Source: Caecitellus pseudoparvulus (taxonomy: Eukaryota; Protista; Bigyra: Bicosoecida). Taken from it: a stretch of DNA of 64,000 bases. The stretch's first letter is position 1. Each line of letters begins with the position of its first letter. The stretch lies in the NCBI GenBank assembly GCA_965644315.1, contig CBFFRQ010000044.1:333817-397816 (forward strand). The letters are read 5' to 3'. This document shows, in pieces, positions 20,962 through 30,092 of the stretch. The translations under genes and the position numbers were made by a program. The notes beneath the pieces are model-generated. The model saw only the letters and a list, made by a program, of their open reading frames with translations, had not been told where the DNA came from and ran no database searches.

Positions 20962-22304
20962 ATGCTGGCTGCTGTTGCTCGGGCCCACGGCGCCACCGCA
21001 AGAGTGGCTGCCAGCTGCCTTCGTTCTGTGTCCACGGCGCCGTCACTGGCAGGCGGCAAGGGTAGCTCTGGGGGCAGCGGGCTGCCCCAAGCTGGATCGT
21101 ACCCTGGTGAAATGGGTGCCGCCTTTTCCAACAGCAACCCTCGCGTGCTCGTGACAGGTGCGTGCCTGGCGCGAGCGTAAGCTCCAGGTGCACTGCACTT
21201 GGCTGCAACCCTGACACGGCAGCGTGCTGAGCCGTCGACCTGGGTGCAGGGGGCTGGCATGGCACCCGCCCCTGCACATGCAGGAGTCACTTCAACCTCA
21301 GCCGGTCGCCTCTGCTGTGCACCACGCTCGTCCTGACGCCGTGCACAGGTGCTTCTGGGCAGGTGGGTATGGAGCTGGTGCCGTACCTGCGTGAGCGGCT
21401 GGGGACAGAAAACGTCATCTCCAGCGACATCAAGGCCATTCGCGACGTGGGCAGCGCCGGCACGCGTGCCTCTGAGGGCCCCTTCGTGTACTGTGACGTG
21501 ACCAGTGCTGACATGGTGTCACGGGTGGTGCTTGAGAATCAGGTGGACATCGTCGTGCACCTTGCGTCACTGCTGAGCGCCATTGGAGAGCAGAACCCGC
21601 AACTGGCGGTGAAGGTGAACACACGCGGAACAGAGAACGTCCTGGAAGCCGCCCACCACAACAACCTCACGGTGTTCATCCCCAGCACCATTGGCGCGTT
21701 CGGCCCCAGCACGCCTCGTGATGCAACGCCAGACCTGACTGTGCAGCGGCCCACCACCGTGTACGGTATCAGCAAGGTGTACGCAGAGCTGATGGGGGAG
21801 TACTACCACCGCCGGTATGGCGTGGATTTCCGTTCTCTGCGGTACCCGGGCATCATCTCCAGCAAGACGCTGCCAGGTGGCGGCACGACTGACTACGCCG
21901 TGGAGATCTTCTACGCAGCGTTGCAGAAGGGTCGGTACACGTGTTTCCTGCGGGAAGACACTGCCCTGCCCATGATGTACATGCCAGACTGCATTGAAGG
22001 CACTGCTTCCTTCCTGCTGGCCCGGCAGGAGCTGCTGAAGCAGCGCACGTACAACATGACTGCGCTCAGCTTCACGCCTGCGGAAATGGCAGAGTCCATC
22101 CGCAAGTTCATCCCAGGCTTCACCATCGACTATGCGCCGGACTTCAGGCAGTCCATCGCCGACACTTGGCCGCGCAGCCTGGACGACCACCGTGCCCGCG
22201 AAGATTGGGGGTGGCAGCACAAGTTTGACCTGGATCGCATGACGGAAGACATGCTCACTGCGCTGGAAGCCAAGTTGAAGAGCAGTGCCGCAGGAGCCGA
22301 GTGA
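20962..22304 (+). CDS. TDH: L-threonine 3-dehydrogenase, mitochondrial (extended SDR); join(20962..21157,21349..22304)
   Basis: Arg/Ala/Ser-rich presequence-like N-terminus; spliced VLVTG|ASGQVG NAD motif; [42 protein letters not shown]. Confidence 0.93.
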
Positions 22305-22402
22305 GGGGCTCACCAACCGGGAATGCATTAGATTTCATACACTAGACAGCCCACTCACCGTCCACCCCACGACGGGTGTGCTTATACCCCCCGCCCCTCG
22401 GC

Positions 22403-23495
22403 TCACGCCGAAGCTGCCTTGCGCCGCGGTTTTTTGTGACTGCCGCTGCGCTGCCCGCCAAACACCGCAGCGAGCACGTCGGGTGCAACGTCGCCCCCTC
22501 GCCGCCCTGCATCGCCACGTTCAAAGCCATCCTCTGCTACGCTTGTGAAACCCATGACAGCACGCCCCTCGGCGTCCAGGGGCGTCAGCTGGTTGAACGA
22601 GCGTTTCACGCCGCCCATGCTGTCGCCGGCGGCAGCAGCAGATTCCCCGGCACCTTGCCGCTGCAAACGCTTGGAAATCTCAGTGCGAGTCTTGTAATCC
22701 TCCGTCTCGGCGCGCACATTGGCCACACTCTGTCGAACCTTGGATGCTCGCATGCGCTTCTCATAAGCTGGGGAGGAGCGCGCGTGTGAGTGGCGGTGCC
22801 GCGGTGGCAGCGTTTGAGGGCCACCCGCCGTCGCCTCCACTCACCTAGCTTCTCCTTCAAGTGCGCCCACTTGAAGCCAGACAAGTACTTCATCGTCCAC
22901 AGCTCACCCCCATACAGGCCTTTGCCCTTGGGGTCTGTGCGGGCACGGGTTGGAGTGCAAGCACGTTGCCATGCGCAGCAGTGTCAGGCGCTGGCCCGCG
23001 CACGCACCGACTGGTGTGGTGTTCAGCTGACTCGCCACGAGCTTGGCAGTTTGCTTGTCAGCGTACTCCACCCACCCCTCGATCCAGTTCTCCCGGCGGC
23101 TGCCGCCCTTGCGCACTCGTGCCGCTCGCACCGCCGATTCTGTGCTCCGGCGCGCATGGCCACACGTGCGGTGCAGAACATGCGGCAGGAGACGCCGGCC
23201 TGGCAGCGCGCACGACGCACCCTCCGGCACGATGTAGATGCGGGTCACTTCCCCATACCGAGCCAGTAGCTGCCGCACTGTCACTGGCTTCATGAAGCGG
23301 GGGATGCGTGAGAGATAGATCTGTGACGGAGAGCAGGCTGCATGCGGAAATTGGTCCCTCCACGCGTGCCCTGTTGCCACGCACAATGCCCCGCTTCTTC
23401 TGTTCCTCCACGAAATCCCGCGCATGTTTGTCACTGATGACCTTCCTGCCTTGCACCTGGGGTGCCCCCAAGGCAGCGGGTGCTGGGGCTGACAT
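22403..23495 (-). CDS. ESF2: Pre-rRNA-processing protein ESF2 / ABT1 (RRM), multi-exon
   Basis: Exon pieces KKRGI|IYLSRIPRFMKP...RIYIVPE|...EGWVEYADKQTAKLVASQLNTTPVG|...LWTMKYLSGFKWAHLKEKL|AYEKR match ESF2/ABT1 signatures. Confidence 0.9.
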
Positions 23496-23917
23496 GGTGC
23501 CGGAGCACTCGCGTGCAGTGTGCAAACGTGTGTGCGTGCGGTGGAGCAGGCTGCCTGGCGCCTGAGCGGGGTGCTGGGCCACAGTGCACGAATGCTAGAT
23601 GTTGCTTGGTGTGAAGACTGATTTGTGGTGCGTGAATGACTGGGACGCTCACTGCTGTGGCGTGGGCGCTGGCCAGTGCGCGAGGAGCCCCGTGCATGCA
23701 GTGCGCCGATTTGGCTCAGAGCACTGCCGCGGAGTGGGCAAAATCCACCCTCCCAGAGGTTGCCAGTGTGTGCACACTATTGGATGGTGTGTACTTGGCC
23801 TGCTGCCCCGTGCGGCTTCCCGCCCGTGGCAGCCCCTGCAGCGAGCAGCGGCAGTGGCGTTTCGTCGTGTGCGAAACCCCCTCCAACACCCACGGCCTAC
23901 GACGCAGCACTGGCGCC

Positions 23918-26900
23918 ATGGCGGCTGCAGCTGCCCGGGTACCTGCGGAAGAGTCAGGCCAGCCCCACGCACCAGCTGAGGCGCCTCGCAGTGACTCCAA
24001 GTCGCGCGACCTGTGGCAGCGCCAGGCCCGTCCCATGGTGTATGAGCGAGGTGCGGGGCTTGTGGGCCTGTCCAACCTCGGCAACACCTGCTTCCTGAAC
24101 AGCGTCCTGCAGGCGCTGGGCGCCATCCCGGCCTGGCAGCGGTACTTCTGCGAAGTGACCTTCAACAGCCTTCCAGCGCTGCAGCCTGGCCGCAGTCACA
24201 TGGCATCCGCCCTCACCACCCTGCTGCTGCAGCAGTGGGGCGGCAACAGCCACGTGGCTGCCATCCAACCACGGGGCGTGCTGCGACACCTGGCCAAGTC
24301 CAACCCTCTCTTCGGCGGGTTTCAACAGCAGGACGCACACGAGGCGCTGCGTTTCCTGCTCAACATAACGCACGACCTGCTGGCCGTGCAAGTTCCGCAG
24401 CCGTACCTGGCGCTGGTGACCAGCCCCCCCGTGCGTTTCGGGGACCCTGCACAGGAGGGAGGGGGCAGCACCCCCCCTGCACACCCCTACATGGACCGTT
24501 CCTGGCTGCGGGAAGGGCCGTACGTGCCCCCCCCCCACACCGAGGCATCAGTGGTGTCGGATTTGTTTGAGGGCATTCTGGCGAGTCGAGTCACCTGCGC
24601 TGCATGCCAGCGCGAGTCAGTCACGTTCGAAACCTGCTTTGATCTGTCCCTGCCCATCGCCACCTCCAGGCACCGCAAAACGCAGCAGGGGGCTGCGCCA
24701 GCACAGGCTGCTTCAGTGGCGGGGCCCGCATCTGTGTGTGCTGTGCGTGGGGGGGGTGCAGGGGGGGTGCTGGCAGCGCGGGGCGTGTCAGCACACCCCC
24801 CCCATCACCCAGGCGGGCCTGCCCCCCCCCCTTCCTCCTCTGCATCCAAGCAGGCGGACTCAGGGCGGAGTGTGGGGGTGGAGTCACTGCAGGTGACTCC
24901 CATGTCTCCTTCCGCAGCCACAGCTGCTGGCAGCAGCACGTCGCGGGGAGAGTGGGGGGAGGGGGCAGTGCAGAACACACACTCGGAACACGTGAGTCTC
25001 TGTGTCTCCCTTGCCGATCTGCCTACGTCCCCCCAAGCCCTGCCCAGCGGCGTCACTGCCGAGGGAGCTCTGCCAGCGGTTCGCGTGGAAGTGCGAAACG
25101 CTCGAGCCGCACCTGTGCACCTGCACGCCCCGCCTGGTGCGTTGCGCCGTGCTGAGCCTATTTCCACCGCCCAGCTCATGGGCGCCTTTGGCAGTGGGGG
25201 GTCTCCTGCAGCTCCAGCACGCGCTGCTTCAACTGCAACTGAAAGTGCAACTTCAGCGGCAGAGCCGTCGCCCACCCCATCCGGCAGGGTGGCGCCCGTG
25301 ATAGGGGCGAGTGACCAGCCAGGCGGCTTGACGGGGGAGCTCAGTGACGGCAGTGACTCAGGGGACGAAGAAGTGCCGCTCACGTGTTGGGAGCGGATGT
25401 TTTGCGGAGGTGGCGGCGGCGGCAGTGGCGGTTGTTGGGGCGGCTGGGGCACCCCTGTCAGTGTCATGGACTGCTTGCACCACTACTTTGAAGCAGAGAC
25501 ACTGTCGGGATCCAACGCATACGCGTGCGGGCATTGCGCGCGCAAGACTCCTGCGTTACGGCGTGGAGCAGTCGCGTCCCCGCCCCAAGTGCTGGTGCTG
25601 CATTTGAAGCGTTTCAGCCACTCTGGCACGTGGGGGCAGAAGCTTTCGACGCGGGTGACGTTTCCACTGACAGGCCTGGACATGACGCCCTTCATTTGGC
25701 CTGATGCGGTGCACGCGGCATCTGCTGCGTTGGGCGAGGCGCAAGCAAGTGCGCCACCTGCGGAGGCAGGCACCGGGCCGACACTGCCGCCCAACCCGGC
25801 GCCATTCGCGAGCCCCCATCCATGCGTGCCGCGTGCGACGGAGTCACCCTTCAGTGACTCGATCGCACACCGACTGGTGGGCCAGGCACACGTGTCTGCG
25901 GCGGTGGGCGCTGCGCACAGTACAGCGCTGGCTGGTGAGCGGTTGGGGGGTGCCGCCCCCCCCACCACGCTACCCACGCCCCCCCCCCACACGCACAGAG
26001 CCGTGTACAATCTTGCGTCCGTTGTGCGACACATCGGGGGGTATGGCGGCGGGCACTACATCGCATTCGGTCGCAACGACCAGGACGGCGGGGAGGCGCT
26101 GCTGACGACGCCGCCGCCCGGCACGCCCCCCCATGCCCCTGCCGGCACGTGGTACCGGTACGACGACAGCTCAGTGTCACGTGTGTCAGCAGACACGGTG
26201 GCGGGAACGGAGGCGTACATCCTCGTGTACGTGTTGACTCGGCCAGCCGCCGACTTCGTGCCAGCTGCCGCTGCTGCGTTGCAGCCCGCCCGTGGTGCGG
26301 CGAGCTTGCCGCGACCCCTGGCTTCCATCCCCGATGTAAGATCGTTGATTTCTGCGCCCCTCGTTTTAGCCGGCGCCGCCACCCCCCCAGGCTCCGTGGC
26401 TGTGTCCGTTCCGCTGCCGTTTGCGCGGCACTACCGAGTGGTGGCGGGGGGGGCGGCCGGTGTGTCAGAGGCCCCCCCTGGGTGGGTGCACGTGTCACGG
26501 TGGTGGTGGTTGAAGTTGCAGTGCACCGCCCACCCTGGTCCTGTCACCAGTGCTGACATCGCGACGGACCATGGTTGTTTGAAGCCGGAGGTGGTGGCTG
26601 CGTGGGGGGATCAAATTCCGCACGGCGTCGTGCGCCTGCCCCTGGCCGTGTACGAGTGGCTGGTGCGGCACTACGGTGCCGCGGGGCCGCCGCTGTGGAG
26701 TTTGGCGCCGTGTGCGGAGAGTTTGCGCGAGGCTCGTGCCCTGGCCGAGCGCCGAGCGGCGGAACAGGAGCGGGTCGCAGCTGCCGACACGCGCAGCGTC
26801 GGCGCCGACGGCGGGGTGGGGGAGGGTGCGGAGGACCCAGCTTGGTACATTATCAGTGCCGCGTGGCTGCGGCAGTGGCGGCGTTTCATCGGGAACAAGG

Positions 26901-27259
26901 GGCCCTACGACGGCAGTGGGAGGGGGGCTCTGCCGCCGGGCCCGGTGGACAACACGGCGCTGCTGCGACCTGACGGCAGCCCTGCGCCGAACCTGCGACC
27001 ACACACGCACTTCCGGGGTCTGAACAGCAAGGTGTGGGGCATGTTCATTGCCATGTACGGGGGTGGGCCCACCATCCGCCGCGCGACCATTGACATGTAC
27101 GACGCCACGCCGCTGCCGCCGCCCCCGCGCGACATTCTGGCCCTGGCACCTCGAGACATCTCGCACATGGGTTTTCCACGTGGCACTAGCTGGTTCATCC
27201 CACCCCCCCCTGAGCGGCGGGCGAAGGGGGGGGCAGGCAGCCGCAGGCCCCGCCCGTGA
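23918..27259 (+). CDS. Ubiquitin carboxyl-terminal hydrolase (peptidase C19) with C-terminal DUSP domains, USP20/33-like
   Basis: Cys box GLSNLGNTCFLNSVLQAL, QQDAHE, VLVLHLKRF, His box VVRHIGGYGGGHYIAF, WYRYDDSSV; DUSP-like WYIISAAWLRQWRRF...PPGPVDN...YGGGP. Confidence 0.92.
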   Translation: MAAAAARVPAEESGQPHAPAEAPRSDSKSRDLWQRQARPMVYERGAGLVGLSNLGNTCFLNSVLQALGAIPAWQRYFCEVTFNSLPALQPGRSHMASALTTLLLQQWGGNSHVAAIQPRGVLRHLAKSNPLFGGFQQQDAHEALRFLLNITHDLLAVQVPQPYLALVTSPPVRFGDPAQEGGGSTPPAHPYMDRSWLREGPYVPPPHTEASVVSDLFEGILASRVTCAACQRESVTFETCFDLSLPIATSRHRKTQQGAAPAQAASVAGPASVCAVRGGGAGGVLAARGVSAHPPHHPGGPAPPPSSSASKQADSGRSVGVESLQVTPMSPSAATAAGSSTSRGEWGEGAVQNTHSEHVSLCVSLADLPTSPQALPSGVTAEGALPAVRVEVRNARAAPVHLHAPPGALRRAEPISTAQLMGAFGSGGSPAAPARAASTATESATSAAEPSPTPSGRVAPVIGASDQPGGLTGELSDGSDSGDEEVPLTCWERMFCGGGGGGSGGCWGGWGTPVSVMDCLHHYFEAETLSGSNAYACGHCARKTPALRRGAVASPPQVLVLHLKRFSHSGTWGQKLSTRVTFPLTGLDMTPFIWPDAVHAASAALGEAQASAPPAEAGTGPTLPPNPAPFASPHPCVPRATESPFSDSIAHRLVGQAHVSAAVGAAHSTALAGERLGGAAPPTTLPTPPPHTHRAVYNLASVVRHIGGYGGGHYIAFGRNDQDGGEALLTTPPPGTPPHAPAGTWYRYDDSSVSRVSADTVAGTEAYILVYVLTRPAADFVPAAAAALQPARGAASLPRPLASIPDVRSLISAPLVLAGAATPPGSVAVSVPLPFARHYRVVAGGAAGVSEAPPGWVHVSRWWWLKLQCTAHPGPVTSADIATDHGCLKPEVVAAWGDQIPHGVVRLPLAVYEWLVRHYGAAGPPLWSLAPCAESLREARALAERRAAEQERVAAADTRSVGADGGVGEGAEDPAWYIISAAWLRQWRRFIGNKGPYDGSGRGALPPGPVDNTALLRPDGSPAPNLRPHTHFRGLNSKVWGMFIAMYGGGPTIRRATIDMYDATPLPPPPRDILALAPRDISHMGFPRGTSWFIPPPPERRAKGGAGSRRPRP

Positions 27260-27275
27260 GGCGAGCAGGGGACGT

Positions 27276-28421
27276 TCACGATGAGTCACCGTGCGCAAGT
27301 GCTGCGTTGCTGAGGACGTCGGATACAGCTGCAGTGTGACTCGCTGCCAGGCAGCTGGCGAGGGCGCGAGTCACTGCCCGTGCCGTGACGTTCGACCACG
27401 TGGGGTCGCCTGACGCGACCAGCTCGGCGTGCAGCGACCCCGCATCCAGCGCGGCGGGGAACTGCAGCGCTTTCGCCAGTGCTGCGTTGCACATGGGGGG
27501 CGCAGCCGGAACACGGCTGCCGCCCCTCGCGCCAATGGCATCTCGGAACACCTCCATCGCCGCCGCACCCTTGGCTTCAGCGGAGGCTGGCTTCGGCAAC
27601 ACATCCGTGAGACTGCGTGTTCCAGGTGTGGGGGGGGTCAGGGGCAGTGGCAGGGGGCCCCTTGCCGGGCCAGGGCTCGGGTCACTGGCCATGCGGCCAG
27701 AAGTCAACGCCTCCAACGCAGCACGGCGCAGCGCGGCCCCCCAAGCACCCTCCAGCACCTCCAGCGCAGGCGCGTCGGCTGCGGCGACGACTTTTTTTGG
27801 GAAATGGGACAGCAGTGGTGGCGGCGTGCCCTGTCGCCGAGGCTGCAGCAGCCGCGCAGCGGCGGTCAGTTGCACGGCGCCGCTGAGCCCGGCCACCAAC
27901 GCATCAGCGCGGTCCCCTGCCAGGGCGGCGCTGCGGGAGCCCTCCGCGCCCCATGGTGCGTTGGGAAACGCAGCACGGGCGAATGCAATGGCCTTGTCTT
28001 TGCCGCTGGCCCCTGCAGCACCCCCCCCTCCCGAAATACCCAACCGTCCGCGAAGTACCGACGGCACGTCAGTGTGTGTGTAGCAAGCTCGCTGCCACAG
28101 GGCGTGTTGCAGAGCGCCTTGCACCTGGTTCAGCACGAACAAGCCCTGGGTGTGGAAGCGCCCCGCCTGAAAACCCTTCAAGCACTCCTCCACCACCGCG
28201 ACGTGGTGTTGGCCGGGAGGCACCAGCGCGTGAGCAACGCAGGTCACTCGAGCCACCAGCTCGTGGGTGCAGCCGCCAGGCGGCAGGGTGCAGACAGTGG
28301 AGCCCAGGAGTGTCATAGAGGGCCAGGCGATGGCAGAGATGCCCACCGCTCGAGTGCTGACGTCGAAGCCCAGCACGGTGAGGGGCCGCAGCGACTGCAT
28401 TGCGGAAATTGAGGCCTGCAT
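27276..28421 (-). CDS. RuvC-like Holliday-junction resolvase domain protein with C-terminal extension
   Basis: RNase H-fold acidic motifs in RuvC order: VLGFDVSTRAVG (D), VAVVEE (E), KDKAIAFA, GDRADALVAG (DxxD); intronless. Confidence 0.8.
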   Translation of the reverse strand: MQASISAMQSLRPLTVLGFDVSTRAVGISAIAWPSMTLLGSTVCTLPPGGCTHELVARVTCVAHALVPPGQHHVAVVEECLKGFQAGRFHTQGLFVLNQVQGALQHALWQRACYTHTDVPSVLRGRLGISGGGGAAGASGKDKAIAFARAAFPNAPWGAEGSRSAALAGDRADALVAGLSGAVQLTAAARLLQPRRQGTPPPLLSHFPKKVVAAADAPALEVLEGAWGAALRRAALEALTSGRMASDPSPGPARGPLPLPLTPPTPGTRSLTDVLPKPASAEAKGAAAMEVFRDAIGARGGSRVPAAPPMCNAALAKALQFPAALDAGSLHAELVASGDPTWSNVTARAVTRALASCLAASHTAAVSDVLSNAALAHGDSS

Positions 28422-28560
28422 TGCCGCGGTTCTCCGAGGCGTGTTGGCGGCGTGGGGGCAAAGTGACGCGTGCAGTGCACGGTACAGGAAGTTCTTTGAA
28501 AGTACACGTGAGTGGGGCGATTTGGGAGTTTCTGGATTGTGCTGGCGGGGGGTGGCTGCT

Positions 28561-29814
28561 TCAGTACAAGGCTTCCTTGCGCGTCTGGCCAGCGGCTGGC
28601 TGTCGACACGCCGCTCTCCAGCGCAGCAGCGGCAGGCGAAAATCCACCCAAGCACAGGCCCGCTGAAAGAGAGGGTTGGCTTCACAAGGCTGTGGCACTG
28701 CCGCCACACAAGCTGCTCGGTGCAGCTGCAGCATCGCTCGAAGACACGCTGCCGCCACGGCAGCTTGGCTCGGCGAGGCACTGCTGCAATCGACCAAACA
28801 CTGCCGCAAGGCACATTCGCTCACATGCCACCCATGCAGCATATGGGTGGCCATAGCATGCACTTTGGTAGGTGTGCTGCTGCACAACAAGGTCTGCAGG
28901 GGCGTCTGGCCGCTCGGCAGTGCTGGCGTGAGCGGCGTGCAGTGCAGCTGAAACGTGGCAGACAACCACTGCACCCAGCCGACGTGGCAGCGCTGCACCG
29001 CGCAGTGCAGGAGCTGAGAGCGCCATGAAGAGTCGCTCAACACACTTTGCGGGCGCAGCTGCACCAGGGCAGCACCAAAGTCTGGCTCAGCGTGCCCCAC
29101 CGCCACATGAAGCGACTTGCCTGCTGCGTTGCTGCAGTGCACTTGGCACCCCGCCGCACACAGCGCTTTCAGACACGCAACACTGCCCCCCGCCGCTGCA
29201 AAGGCCAGGAGGCCCCACTGCTCCGGGCTCGTCCAATCCACTGGGCTACCTGCTTCCAACAACGCAGTGAGGCAGTCTGCCGCCCCAGCCGCAGCAGCGA
29301 TGGCGAGAGGGCAGGTGCCGTGGAAGTGGTCAGGGGAAGTCACTGCCCCTGCCGCCAGACACGCGCGCACAGCGGCGGCATGTCCACCCCCTGCAGCGTC
29401 GCACAGGGGCGTGCACCGCTCGGGCCCCGCTGCTGCGTTGACGTCTGCACCGCGGGTCAAGAGGTCACTTGCCAGAGTGGCGTTGCCACGCAAGCAAGCG
29501 TAGTGCAGTGCGGAGCGCTGGCCGCACGCACAGGCGTTGACAGAGGCACCAGCCTGCAGCAACACCTCGACCACGTCCCACGCCCCCACCCGGCTGGCTT
29601 CCACGAGGCGCGGTGAGGCGCTGTCCCCGCCAGCTCGAGCGTCAGGGCTTGCTCCTTGCGCCAGCAGGCTTGACACTGTGGCAGCAGCACCAGGCTGCAG
29701 CAAGGCTTGCCCCCGCATGGTCCGCAACGCCTTCGATGCCCGTGCAGCTGTTGCCTTGGGGGAAGGTGCGGGTGGGCGCAGGGGCGGCCGGGGACCACGA
29801 GGAGGCGGCGGCAT
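28561..29814 (-). CDS. Ankyrin repeat protein
   Basis: Repeats such as SALHYACLRGNATLASDLLTRGADVN, TPLCDAAGGGHAAAVRACLAAGA, CPLAIAAAAGAADCLTALLEAG. Confidence 0.88.
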   Translation of the reverse strand: MPPPPRGPRPPLRPPAPSPKATAARASKALRTMRGQALLQPGAAATVSSLLAQGASPDARAGGDSASPRLVEASRVGAWDVVEVLLQAGASVNACACGQRSALHYACLRGNATLASDLLTRGADVNAAAGPERCTPLCDAAGGGHAAAVRACLAAGAVTSPDHFHGTCPLAIAAAAGAADCLTALLEAGSPVDWTSPEQWGLLAFAAAGGSVACLKALCAAGCQVHCSNAAGKSLHVAVGHAEPDFGAALVQLRPQSVLSDSSWRSQLLHCAVQRCHVGWVQWLSATFQLHCTPLTPALPSGQTPLQTLLCSSTPTKVHAMATHMLHGWHVSECALRQCLVDCSSASPSQAAVAAACLRAMLQLHRAACVAAVPQPCEANPLFQRACAWVDFRLPLLRWRAACRQPAAGQTRKEALY

Positions 29815-30092
29815 GGTTTGCGGAAATTGGGCCAGCACTCTCGGCACAAGAGCTACCCCCCTTCGCAGTAAAGAGGCCGCAACTGTCAGGCACAGAGCCT
29901 CTTGCAGGGAATTGTAGTCAAGGCGCGTGTGCCACACGCTTGGGCGTGCTGCCTCGTCTGGTCATTGTGTATGAGGCTTGCATTTGTGAGGCGAGGGTGC
30001 CTCCCAGTCACAAGCCGTGCTTCCGTTGAGGGCGGTGGATGAGGGAGGGATGTGCCTGCCCAGCACCCCCTCCCCCTGCCAAGCCACCTGGC

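Noticed and set aside
23636-23917. N-terminal extension of the USP ORF and upstream extensions of other ORFs (e.g. 28814, 14686, 16026)
   Set aside because: They look like 5' UTR read-through or overlap neighbouring genes; downstream ATGs give better context and signal peptides.
27276-28421. RuvC domain as Fanzor/TnpB or transposon nuclease
   Set aside because: The domain is compact and N-terminal, with no split RuvC, zinc finger or WED/REC region, and no visible terminal repeats or adjacent transposase.
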